DNA of 64,000 nt from an uncultured Chloroflexia bacterium (GTDB lineage: Bacteria; Chloroflexota; Anaerolineae; JAAYZQ01), in assembly GCA_963700285.1 (NCBI GenBank), contig CAVOXA010000001.1, positions 1,056,001 through 1,120,000 on the forward strand. Direction: 5' to 3'. Position 1 is the stretch's first letter; each line of letters starts with the position of its first letter. The notes beneath the pieces were generated by a model, which had not been told where the DNA came from, did not search any database, and worked only from the letters and a program-made list of their open reading frames with translations. This document shows positions 21,319-30,764 of the stretch, in pieces. A program made the position numbers and the translations under genes.

Positions 21319-24081
21319 ATGAGACGGATGACAGGTGCCGAAGCTCGGCAGAGCTTTCTCGATTTTTTTGCCAGCAAAGACCATCTTGTTGTACCCAGTG
21401 CATCGCTGGTGCCGGTGGGCGATCCAACGCTGCTGCTGACCAACGCTGGTATGAACCAGTTCAAGAACATCTTTCTGGGTTTAGAGGAGCCACCGCACCC
21501 ACGGGTCACCGATGCACAGAAGTGCATGCGGGTCTCTGGCCACCTGAATGACCTTGAGACGGTGGGCCCGTCCCCATACCATCACACCTTTTTCGAGATG
21601 ATGGGCAATTGGTCTTTCGGTGACTATTACAAGAAGGAAGCCATTGCCTGGGCCTGGGAGCTGGCGACCCAGGTATGGGACATGGACACTGGGCGGCTGT
21701 GGGCAACCATCTTTGAGGATGATGCGGGTGATCTGCCGACCGATGAGGAGGCCCTGGGCTATTGGTTGAGCGAAACAGATATCGCACCAGATCACGTCCT
21801 CTCTTTTGGGCGCGAGGATAACTTTTGGTCCATGGGACCTATCGGACCCTGCGGTCCATGCAGCGAGCTTCACTATGATCGGGGGCCCGAATATTGTGAC
21901 AAGCAGGATGAGCAGGGCCACACGTGCGCAGTAAACGGTGACTGTGCCCGCTACCTGGAGTTCTGGAACTTGGTGTTCATCCAGTACAGTCGCGATGCCG
22001 AAGGAGTGCTGACCGAACTGCCGGCCAAGCACATTGACACGGGACTGGGCTTGGACCGTGTCGTGACCATGGCCCAGGGGGTTGTGGCCAACTATGACAC
22101 CGACCTCTTTCAGCCGGTGTTTCGACGGGTTCAGGAGATGCTGGGCCATACCGATGAAGAGGTGCAGGAGAACATGGTGGCCTACCGGGTCATTGCCGAC
22201 CACGGGCGCGCGGTGACCTTTCTGGTCGGCGACGGCGTGATCCCTGGCAACGAAGGCCGTAACTATGTGCTGCGCATGATCCTGCGACGGGCTGCTCGTT
22301 TTGGGCGAAAGATTGGGTTCACAGACCTGTTCTTGGGTGACGTGGCTGAGACAGTGATTGAGATCTTTGGCGACCACTATAGCGATCTTGGGCGCAGGCG
22401 CGACTTTATCCTGAACGTTATCCGCCAGGAGGAAGAGCGCTTCCTGCGAACTTTGGACGTGGGCCTGGTCATGCTGGATCAGATCATGGATGATCTGAAG
22501 AGTAAGGGGGAGACCACGATACCAGGCGTCGACGCGTTTCGCCTGTACGATACTTTCGGCTTTCCCCTTGATCTAACCCGGGACGTGGGCCTGGAGCATG
22601 GCTTCACCGTGGATGAGGAGGGCTTTGCCGCGGCCCTGGAGGAGCAGAGGGCCCGGGGACGAGCAGCGCAGCAGTTCGCAGCAGTTGACGGCGAGGATCT
22701 CGAGCGGTATGCCCGGTTGGCAGAAGATCTGAAAGCTCAGGGCCGGATTGGTCCGGATGGCGTCGAGTACCTCAGCCGGGAAACCATTGAGGTCGAGACG
22801 ACTGTGCTCGCGATCCTGCGCAATGGCGAGCTGGTGAGTCGTGTGAAGGCGGGCGACGAGGTTGAGGTTGTGTTGGCAGCCACTCCCTTCTACGTTGAAA
22901 GCGGTGGCCAGGTATCCGATACTGGGGTAATGGCCCGGTACGTGGATGATGAAGACGAGCCCCTGTGGGAGATCGAGATCTCTGGCATGTGGCAGCCGGT
23001 GCAGGGGCTGATGGTTCACCGGGGACACGTCGTGGAAGGGCGGCCCGCGGTGGAGGATCCTGTTTGGGCGGTGGTGAATGCGGAACGCAGGATGGACATT
23101 GCCCGCAATCATACTGCGACACACCTGCTCCACAGCGAACTTCGCTATATTTTGGGAAAGCATGTCCAACAGGCTGGTTCTCTGGTAGCCCCAGACCGGC
23201 TGCGCTTTGATTTCACCCACGGGGCAATGCTGACCCAGGATCAACTGGATGCGGTGGAGCAATCGGTGAATGATGCCATCCTGGCCAACTATCCTCTGGA
23301 GGTTGAGCACGCTACGTATCAGGATGCTGTTACTGCGGGGGCCATGGCCCTGTTTGGCGAAAAGTATGGGGAACACGTTCGGGTCGTCAAGATTGGTGTG
23401 CCTGAAGAGCCTTTCAGCCTGGAACTATGTGGCGGCACCCACATCCAGCAGACCAGCGACATTGGCCTTTTCCGCATCGTCTCTGAAGGGAGTGTCGGGG
23501 CGGGCGTGCGGCGTATCGAGGCGGTCACCGGGCGAGGGGCCCAGCAGTTGGTACAAGCCCGGCTCCGCGTACTCGATGACGCTGCCACCCACTTGGGCTC
23601 ACGGCCAGAAGAGGTGGATCGTGCCGTGCTCCGCCTGATGGGCGAGCTGCACGATCGGCAGAAAGAGATAGCCGACCTGCGCCGAGAACTTGCCCGGCTC
23701 GAGTACCATGGCTTGCTGCAGGAGATCCAGGAAGTAAAGGGTGTTCAGGTTCTGGCTGCGCGCGTGCAGGCGACTGACATGGACACGCTCCGGGAGATGA
23801 CCGACTGGTTCCGAAACCAGTTGGGGTCAGTCGTCATTGTGCTCGGCGCTGTCATTGACGACAAGCCCAACTTTGTGGCCGCAGTCACCCCAGACCTGGT
23901 GGAACGAGGCTTGAAGGCTGGTACTGTGATCAAGCAGGTAGCGCGCGTCGTTGGTGGGGGTGGTGGCGGTCGGCCAACGCTGGCCCAGGCCGGCGGCCGT
24001 GACCCGGACCGCCTGGATGATGCTCTGGCTTTGGTGTCTCAAGTGGTTGGAGATCTGTTGGATGAGGGCAAACAAGGCTAG
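21319..24081 (+). CDS. alaS: Alanine--tRNA ligase
   Basis: DPTLLLTNAGM, HHTFFEMMGNWSFGDY, HTATHLL, ELCGGTH, GGGGGRP. Confidence 0.98.
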   Translation: MRRMTGAEARQSFLDFFASKDHLVVPSASLVPVGDPTLLLTNAGMNQFKNIFLGLEEPPHPRVTDAQKCMRVSGHLNDLETVGPSPYHHTFFEMMGNWSFGDYYKKEAIAWAWELATQVWDMDTGRLWATIFEDDAGDLPTDEEALGYWLSETDIAPDHVLSFGREDNFWSMGPIGPCGPCSELHYDRGPEYCDKQDEQGHTCAVNGDCARYLEFWNLVFIQYSRDAEGVLTELPAKHIDTGLGLDRVVTMAQGVVANYDTDLFQPVFRRVQEMLGHTDEEVQENMVAYRVIADHGRAVTFLVGDGVIPGNEGRNYVLRMILRRAARFGRKIGFTDLFLGDVAETVIEIFGDHYSDLGRRRDFILNVIRQEEERFLRTLDVGLVMLDQIMDDLKSKGETTIPGVDAFRLYDTFGFPLDLTRDVGLEHGFTVDEEGFAAALEEQRARGRAAQQFAAVDGEDLERYARLAEDLKAQGRIGPDGVEYLSRETIEVETTVLAILRNGELVSRVKAGDEVEVVLAATPFYVESGGQVSDTGVMARYVDDEDEPLWEIEISGMWQPVQGLMVHRGHVVEGRPAVEDPVWAVVNAERRMDIARNHTATHLLHSELRYILGKHVQQAGSLVAPDRLRFDFTHGAMLTQDQLDAVEQSVNDAILANYPLEVEHATYQDAVTAGAMALFGEKYGEHVRVVKIGVPEEPFSLELCGGTHIQQTSDIGLFRIVSEGSVGAGVRRIEAVTGRGAQQLVQARLRVLDDAATHLGSRPEEVDRAVLRLMGELHDRQKEIADLRRELARLEYHGLLQEIQEVKGVQVLAARVQATDMDTLREMTDWFRNQLGSVVIVLGAVIDDKPNFVAAVTPDLVERGLKAGTVIKQVARVVGGGGGGRPTLAQAGGRDPDRLDDALALVSQVVGDLLDEGKQG

Positions 24082-24117
24082 GGTCGCCGACTAGGGCGGC
24101 GCCTGGGGGACGTTGCA

Positions 24118-25410
24118 GTGCGAGGTATTTGGCGGGGCTCGAGAAGCGGCGAGCGACGGGCAGCGTCTGTGGGCCGGTCAGCCAGTTATTGTGTCGTGGA
24201 TCCGGGAACCTCTCGGATCCGTCTCTTGCTGGTGGAGGTGGCCAATGGGCAGTCTACATTGTGGGGTTGGGATGAGGGTCCCAGCCTGATTGATAGTGGA
24301 CTGCAGCGCCTTCTCCCAGTTTGCGAGGGGATGTTGGTTCGGGCCGAGGAAATGGCACTGACCCGCATCCCGCGTTGGCCCCTGACAGACCAAATGCTCG
24401 TGGGATTGCCGGCATCGGAACTCCAAGCAGGTGCGTGGTCCGTGACTCAGCAGAGGGCCCTGCCGGAAAGTCCCATCGAGGAACAAGAGTTGTCGACCCT
24501 GTTGGGGCGGGCTCTGCGCCTGGCCCTTAACCAGCTACGAAGCGCTGCCCCGTCTGCTAGCAGCCCTGGGCAGGGCAAGCAGAGGTCTCGCGCTCGCAAA
24601 GGGCCAGATTGGTTGCTGGTTGACGCAACAGCAGTCGCCCTGGAGGTGGATGGCAAGGCCGTCACTGACCCGGTAGGATTCCGGGGGCGGGAAGCCGCTG
24701 CGACAGTTTTTGCTGCCCTGGCCCGGGTGGAGACCATCGATCTTTGGCGGCAGGTCGCAGAGGGCCTCGAGTTCTCGATGCTAACCATCACAGCCGCGCC
24801 ATTGGCCTTGGTGTCCAGCCTGTCCGAATCTCGAGGAATTCTCGTGGATGTTGGCGGGTCCACGACCAGTCTGACCGTGTGGCAGGCTGGAAAGCCGGTG
24901 GCGGTGGCCTCAATTCCTGTGGGAGCTGCCGCATTGACGCGTGCCCTGATGCGAACATGGGATCTCTCATCTGATGCTGCTGAACGCCTAATGAGGGCTT
25001 ATGCGTGTGGGCAACTGACCGACCGCGACAAGACTCAGGTGCTAGAGGCCATGTTTCCCGCACTGCGGACCTGGCTGGAAAAGACAGAGAGCGCCTTGGC
25101 CAGGCTGAACCGAGAGAAGCCCTTGCCCGAGCGGTTGTATTTGTTGGGAGGAGGGAGTGGTTTGCCAGAGGTAATGGAGGCTGCCTGTGCCTTGGCTTGG
25201 AGTGAAGGACTGCATTTTGAGCGCTATCCATTGGTCGAGCGCCTGCGACCAACCGATGTGGTTGGGGTAATGAACCGTACTGATTTGGGTCGGGGGGCAG
25301 GAGATGTATCAGCCTTGGGGCTGGCAGCCTGGGCGGCAAACCAAAGTCACCCCCAGGGCCGCCCGGCGCGCATTCTTCGAGAGTTGTGTGAAGGACAGTG
25401 CTCGGGGTAG
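24118..25410 (+). CDS. FtsA/PilM-like actin-fold ATPase
   Basis: VVDPGTS, ILVDVGGSTT and LYLLGGGSGL motifs; VDG..VTDPVGFRG. Confidence 0.75.
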   Translation: MRGIWRGSRSGERRAASVGRSASYCVVDPGTSRIRLLLVEVANGQSTLWGWDEGPSLIDSGLQRLLPVCEGMLVRAEEMALTRIPRWPLTDQMLVGLPASELQAGAWSVTQQRALPESPIEEQELSTLLGRALRLALNQLRSAAPSASSPGQGKQRSRARKGPDWLLVDATAVALEVDGKAVTDPVGFRGREAAATVFAALARVETIDLWRQVAEGLEFSMLTITAAPLALVSSLSESRGILVDVGGSTTSLTVWQAGKPVAVASIPVGAAALTRALMRTWDLSSDAAERLMRAYACGQLTDRDKTQVLEAMFPALRTWLEKTESALARLNREKPLPERLYLLGGGSGLPEVMEAACALAWSEGLHFERYPLVERLRPTDVVGVMNRTDLGRGAGDVSALGLAAWAANQSHPQGRPARILRELCEGQCSG

Positions 25411-25496
25411 GCGGTGGGCAGAGCGTGCCGGCCCGTCTGGGCCGCGTGGCGAACTGTCCGTCCGTCCTCTCGCGAGTGATGATCCTCGGTTAGACA

Positions 25497-27020
25497 ATGC
25501 AGCAAGTCATCTACCTTGATGTTGGCGACGATTTACCTGCGATCCGCCACCTGTTGGAGGGAGCGCAGGCAAAGCAGGTGCTGCTGGTGCTGCCCAAGGG
25601 CTACCAGCCGCTCCGTGATCCCCTCAACCTGCGGGTTCTCAGACGCTATGCGGAAGATCAGGCCCTGGACGTGGCGCTCGTTACCCGCGATGGCCGCACG
25701 CGTCAAATGGCGAAAGAAGAGGGGGTCGCCCTTGTCACCTCCGTTCGCCAGGGACAGCGTGGTCGGTGGAGGAGCAGGTCCCCGCAGCGTTCCTCGGCAG
25801 AACAGGCCGCCGTTGATCGCATGGCTGGTCTGCGCGCCGGTCGGGGAGACCCTGGTTACGGCGATAGGGCGATCGTTTGGGCTGGTCGCCTTCTGGGCTT
25901 TCTGCTCTTTGTCTTCCTTCTGCTCCTGATTGTGGGCCTCGGAGCCATCCTGGTGCCTGAGGCCAGGATCACCCTGGTGCCGTTCCGCCAGCCAGTCGAG
26001 ACGACACTGCAACTTCGAGCCGATCCCGAGGTGAGCAGGCCAGACACCGCGGCTCTGACGATTCCGGCCCGCATCGTGGAGGTGCAGGTGGAACGGACGG
26101 GCGACATTGCCACCGTCAGCAAAAAAGATGCGCCGGACTTGCCGGCCAGGGGCATGGTTACCTTTATCAATCAGACCGTGGCCCCTCAGGAGATCCTAAC
26201 GGATACCCTCGTTCGCACTTCCACAGGGTCTACCGTGCGCTTCAAGACCGTCACAACCGCCACCCTGGAGTCCGGCGTTGGGTCCAGGGCAGAGATCCAG
26301 GTCGAGGCCCTGGTGCCTGGTCCAGTGGGCAATGTAGCTTCGGCGACGATCACAGAGGTTGAAACCCCCGGGTTGCGGGGCAAGGTCAGCGTTATCAACC
26401 AGGCGCCTACTGAAGGCGGTGGCGTCAAGCAGGTGGGCGTCGTCACCCGGGTTGACATGGATCGCCTTAAGGGTCAGTTGTTCGAGGAGCTAGAGCAGCA
26501 GGCATTTCTCGAACTGCAGAGCCAGTTGAGCGAGCAAGAGTACCTGCCGCCTGAATCATTGACATTCGAGATCATGTCAGAAACCTACGATCAGTTTCTG
26601 GATACCCAGGCTGACGTGTTGCACTTGCAGATGCGTATTCTGGCTAGGGGTACCGCCGTGGACGAGGCCAACGCCAACCTGATGGCCTATGACTCGCTGA
26701 TGGAAGAGATCCCACCCACCTACGAGTTACAGTCGGAGGAAGTGTCTTTTGATCTCAGCGACGAGGTACGGATGGATGGCCGAGCTGTACTTATTGAGGT
26801 GACGGCCTTGGCCCAGTTGGTGGCCGAGGTGGACCGTGGCGCTGCGCGCTCGGCCGCAGCCGGCTTGCCCGCTGAAGAGGCCAGCCAGATACTGGCAGAC
26901 ACGTTTGCCCTGGACGCTCCGCCCCAGGTGGAGGTGATGCCGGAATGGATCAAGCGCTGGGAATGGCTGGATCGTGTACCCTTTCCACCCTTTCGCATTC
27001 AGGTGATCGTGCTGGAGTAG
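25497..27020 (+). CDS. Membrane-anchored baseplate-J/gp47-like domain protein
   Basis: Cytoplasmic N-domain, TM helix, then ARGMVTFIN, VRFKT, VEALVPGPVGNV, VINQAPTEGG. Confidence 0.7.
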   Translation: MQQVIYLDVGDDLPAIRHLLEGAQAKQVLLVLPKGYQPLRDPLNLRVLRRYAEDQALDVALVTRDGRTRQMAKEEGVALVTSVRQGQRGRWRSRSPQRSSAEQAAVDRMAGLRAGRGDPGYGDRAIVWAGRLLGFLLFVFLLLLIVGLGAILVPEARITLVPFRQPVETTLQLRADPEVSRPDTAALTIPARIVEVQVERTGDIATVSKKDAPDLPARGMVTFINQTVAPQEILTDTLVRTSTGSTVRFKTVTTATLESGVGSRAEIQVEALVPGPVGNVASATITEVETPGLRGKVSVINQAPTEGGGVKQVGVVTRVDMDRLKGQLFEELEQQAFLELQSQLSEQEYLPPESLTFEIMSETYDQFLDTQADVLHLQMRILARGTAVDEANANLMAYDSLMEEIPPTYELQSEEVSFDLSDEVRMDGRAVLIEVTALAQLVAEVDRGAARSAAAGLPAEEASQILADTFALDAPPQVEVMPEWIKRWEWLDRVPFPPFRIQVIVLE

Positions 27021-27096
27021 CGAATGGCCCCCGCCTGGTGCTGAGACTTGGGTTGCGACCAAGTGTCCACGACGGGGGCACATGGAAGGCTGTGAT

Positions 27097-27561
27097 GTGG
27101 TGAGGTACCTGGCGCTAGATGTAGGGGATCGACGTGTGGGCATTGCTGTCTCTGATGAGACGGGGCTGATTGCGACGCCACTGACTGTGATCCTTCGAAA
27201 ATCCAAGGCCGAAGATTTCGCCACGATAGCACGCCTGGTGCAGGAGCAGAACGCCGGTGGCCTGGTGATTGGACAGCCACTGAATGCCAATGGCAGCGCT
27301 GGACCGCAGGCTGTACGTGTCGAGCGCTATGCCCTCGCTTTGGTTCAGGCCCTGCGCGATGAGGGATTGGAAGTGACGATAACCTTTTGGGATGAATATC
27401 TCTCCACCCAGCGGGCGCAGAAGGCAATGATTGCCGCCGGACGCCGGTCCAGGGAGCGCCGGATGCACATTGACGCCGCAGCCGCAGCTGTGATCCTTCA
27501 GGATTACCTGGACGAACAATGGCCTGATCGGTCAGTTCCGGTTAGGGAGGAGACCAATTGA
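27097..27561 (+). CDS. ruvX: RuvX/YqgF pre-16S rRNA nuclease
   Basis: YLALDVGDRRVGIAVSD, WDEYLST, IDAAAAAVILQDYL. Confidence 0.93.
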   Translation: MVRYLALDVGDRRVGIAVSDETGLIATPLTVILRKSKAEDFATIARLVQEQNAGGLVIGQPLNANGSAGPQAVRVERYALALVQALRDEGLEVTITFWDEYLSTQRAQKAMIAAGRRSRERRMHIDAAAAAVILQDYLDEQWPDRSVPVREETN

Positions 27562-28859
27562 CTGCTCTGCTACAATGGCTCAAGATCGCATCATTGGCCT
27601 GGGTAGGTGCTATGCTGGTGGTGATTTTGACCGAGATCCGCCCCCTGCGGCCATTGGTCCCGGATTGGCTGCGCAACCTGTCGCGCGTTGTGGTCCTGGC
27701 CGGCACGGTGGGAGCCTTGACCCTGGCCGTGCTCCTGGGCGCCCAGTTGATGATCAGCGCGATCGAGTCCAACACGCGCATCGAGAGCGGCCAGCCTATG
27801 GACCTGTCCTTCGAGTCGACTGATTCCTTCTTTCTGAGCCTCTACTTGAGTTCTCACCAGGAAGAGTTGAATCTCCCGGCTAGCGATGATCCCACGCCGG
27901 TGACCTTTGTCGTAGAACCGGGTGAGACTGCCGCCGGTGTGGCGGCACGGCTGGAGGAGGAAGGGCTGGTCGTGGATGGCGAGGTCTTTCGGCGGTTCAT
28001 GACCTATCATGGTCTTGATGTGAGCCTGGAGGCTGGTACTTATTCTCTGCAGGCGAATATGACCATGCACGAGATCGCCGAAGCATTGCAGCACGCCAGC
28101 GCCGACACGGTCATGATCACGATTCCCGAAGGCTGGCGGGCAGAGCAGGTCGCCTGGCTACTGGAGCAACAAGGCCTGATGCGCGGAGACGCTTTCTTGG
28201 ACTATGTGCATACGGGCCAATACAATTATCCCTGGTTGGCCGACCGGCCTGCGGACGCCTCGCTGGAGGGCTATCTCTTGCCCGATACCTACGAGTTCCC
28301 GGCACAGACAACACCAGAGGCGGTAGTAGATCTCATGCTGGCCATCTTTGATGCGCGGGTCGCGCCCGAGATAGAGGGCCGGCTGGCCGGCCGGACCCTC
28401 TTTGATCTGGCTCTGGGCGCCGAGCGGCCCATGAGCGTCCGTGACGTCATGATCCTGGCTTCCATTGTTGAACGCGAGGCGGTGGTGCCAGAGGAACGGC
28501 CCGTCATCGCCAGCGTCTACTTCAATCGCCTGGATCCGGCCTTTGTCGAGGAGACGGCCCTGCGCTTGAGTGCTGACCCAACGGTGCAATACGCCAAAGG
28601 TTACGACCCCGAGACCGGCAACTGGTGGAATCCCATGTTGCCTGGCGAGGGGCAGACAATAGAATCTCCTTATAATACCTTCATGGTACAGGGACTCCCT
28701 CCAGGACCCATCGCGAGCCCGGGTCTGGCATCTATCCTGGCTGTTCTGAACCCAGCTCAGACAGATTATCTCTATTTCCACGCCATCGGGGACGGATCCC
28801 ACATCTTTGCCTCGACGCTGGAGGAGCATCTGAGGAATCAGGAGCTGTACGCGCCATAG
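27558..28859 (+). CDS. mltG: Endolytic transglycosylase MltG
   Basis: TIPEGWRAEQ, LEGYLLPDTY, LASIVERE, SPYNT..GLPPGPIASPG. Confidence 0.93.
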   Translation: MTALLQWLKIASLAWVGAMLVVILTEIRPLRPLVPDWLRNLSRVVVLAGTVGALTLAVLLGAQLMISAIESNTRIESGQPMDLSFESTDSFFLSLYLSSHQEELNLPASDDPTPVTFVVEPGETAAGVAARLEEEGLVVDGEVFRRFMTYHGLDVSLEAGTYSLQANMTMHEIAEALQHASADTVMITIPEGWRAEQVAWLLEQQGLMRGDAFLDYVHTGQYNYPWLADRPADASLEGYLLPDTYEFPAQTTPEAVVDLMLAIFDARVAPEIEGRLAGRTLFDLALGAERPMSVRDVMILASIVEREAVVPEERPVIASVYFNRLDPAFVEETALRLSADPTVQYAKGYDPETGNWWNPMLPGEGQTIESPYNTFMVQGLPPGPIASPGLASILAVLNPAQTDYLYFHAIGDGSHIFASTLEEHLRNQELYAP

Positions 28860-28868
28860 GAGCGCACC

Positions 28869-29540
28869 GTGCTGCGCATTACACGTGATGTACTGTGGTT
28901 CAGAATTGTTGGTTCATATCTCCAGCACGACGTGTCGGTTGTTGCGCGTACTGTGTTGCTGCCTGCTACTTGCTGTCTACTGCTCGCTGGCTGTTCGTTT
29001 CCAGGCAGCGTCAAACCAACGGTCAAGATCGGCCTGTCGGCACCATTTGAAGGCTTGTACCGAGATCTAGGCTACGAGGCGTTGCATGCTGTCCGTCTGG
29101 CGGTGCAGCAGAGAAATGAGGCCGGCGGGGTAGGCGCGAGCTACTGGATCGAGTTGGTGGCCCTCAACGACCTTGCTGAGCCAGAGCAGGCCGTCATCCA
29201 GGCGCAAAAGATGGCGGTCGATTCTGATATTCTGGGTGTGTTGGGTGGGTGGTCCGATAAGACCGTCCACGCGGCGGCGCCCGAGTACGAAAGGTTGGGT
29301 CTGGCCTTCCTGACTCCGGCAGCCGACTCGGAAGGCTACCAACTTTCGCAGGCAGAGGATCAGGCATTCATGGATGCGTATCTGACGCTCTCTGGTGGCG
29401 CACCTCCAGGCGTCGTTGCGGGCTGGGCCTATGGGGCGACAAACCGCTTGTTGGATGCCTTGGATACAGCGACTCGATCCGAGGGGCGACCCTCCCGAGC
29501 CGGTGTCCAGAGGACACTGAATGCAGATCAAGGGCAATAG
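28869..29540 (+). CDS. Short branched-chain amino acid (LIV-type) substrate-binding lipoprotein
   Basis: Lipobox LAGC, KIGLSAPFEG, N-lobe motifs; much shorter than typical. Confidence 0.7.
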   Translation: MLRITRDVLWFRIVGSYLQHDVSVVARTVLLPATCCLLLAGCSFPGSVKPTVKIGLSAPFEGLYRDLGYEALHAVRLAVQQRNEAGGVGASYWIELVALNDLAEPEQAVIQAQKMAVDSDILGVLGGWSDKTVHAAAPEYERLGLAFLTPAADSEGYQLSQAEDQAFMDAYLTLSGGAPPGVVAGWAYGATNRLLDALDTATRSEGRPSRAGVQRTLNADQGQ

Positions 29541-29559
29541 CTACTAGCGAGGGTTGAGC

Positions 29560-30756
29560 ATGCGCATCTTGATGTTTTCTTGGGAGTATCCACCATACGT
29601 AGTTGGTGGGTTGGGCAAGCATGTTGAGGAACTTCTCCCATCCCTGGGCGACCTCCCCGGGGTGGAACTGCACCTCGTTACGCCTGCTTTGGGAGGCGGC
29701 GAGCCACTGGAACGGGTGGGCCGGGCCACGATTCACCGTGTTCCAGCTTCCGTCATTGGAGACGATTTCTACACCGGTACAAAAGACACCAACCTCCTTC
29801 TGGAGGCCTATGCCCAGCAGCTTTGGGAGGACGCGGGCCCTTTTGATCTGGTCCACGTTCATGATTGGCTGGTGGCATTTGTGGGCGTTGCGGTGAAGCG
29901 CCAGTACGAGGTTCCTCTGCTGAGTACGATCCATGCCACCGAGCGTGGGCGCGGACGCGGCTATCTGGCTAACGCCCAATCCCGGTCCATCGACCAGGCA
30001 GAGTGGTGGCTGGCCCACGAGTCCTGGCGCGTGATCGCTTGCAGCGAGTATATGGCCAGCGAGATCTCTGACTACTTTCAGTGCCCAATGGACAAGATCG
30101 ACGTTATCCCCAACGGCGTGGAGACGACGCGCTTTGACCTGCTGGAGGGCCAAGATTTCAGGCATTTCCGCACCAAGTACGCTCTGCCCTTCGAGGAGAT
30201 CATTTTCTATGTAGGGCGTGTGGTCTATGAGAAGGGCTTGCAGGTTCTCGTGCGCGCCCTGCCCATCGTTCTTGCCGAGCAGCCCTCAGCCAAGGTCGTC
30301 GTTGCTGGCAAGGGCCCGGAGCTGGAATCCCTCCAGGCGCTGGCCCTGCGCATGGGGGTGGGAGAGAAAGCGCTGTTCACTGGTTTCATCTCGGACGAGG
30401 ACCGGGATCGCCTTTTCAAGGTCGCTGACTGTGCCGTATTTCCCAGTTTGTACGAGCCCTTTGGCATTGTCGCCCTGGAGGCCATGGCAGCCAAGTGTCC
30501 TGTTGTTGTGACTGAGGTAGGTGGCCTGCAAGAGGTGGTTCGGCATGCAGATACCGGTATCACCGTCTATCCTGACGACCCCGGCTCGCTGGCCTGGGGC
30601 ATCCTGCATACGCTGCAGCATCCCCGGTGGTCGGCCGCCCGGGTGGAAAACGCCTATCGAGTTGTGCGCGAGGAGTTCAACTGGGAGCGCATCGCGAGCT
30701 TGACTCGCAATGTTTACCGGGAGGTCATTGCCGAGCGGACGATTTCGAACTGGTAA
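29560..30756 (+). CDS. Glycosyltransferase family 4 (glycogen synthase-like)
   Basis: SWEYPP..GGLG, HVHDW, GRVVYEKG, SLYEPFGIVALE. Confidence 0.93.
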   Translation: MRILMFSWEYPPYVVGGLGKHVEELLPSLGDLPGVELHLVTPALGGGEPLERVGRATIHRVPASVIGDDFYTGTKDTNLLLEAYAQQLWEDAGPFDLVHVHDWLVAFVGVAVKRQYEVPLLSTIHATERGRGRGYLANAQSRSIDQAEWWLAHESWRVIACSEYMASEISDYFQCPMDKIDVIPNGVETTRFDLLEGQDFRHFRTKYALPFEEIIFYVGRVVYEKGLQVLVRALPIVLAEQPSAKVVVAGKGPELESLQALALRMGVGEKALFTGFISDEDRDRLFKVADCAVFPSLYEPFGIVALEAMAAKCPVVVTEVGGLQEVVRHADTGITVYPDDPGSLAWGILHTLQHPRWSAARVENAYRVVREEFNWERIASLTRNVYREVIAERTISNW

Positions 30757-30764
30757 AGCAGGGT

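Noticed and set aside
25497-27020. Prophage or contractile injection system
   Set aside because: No sheath, tube, spike, terminase or integrase genes nearby; housekeeping context
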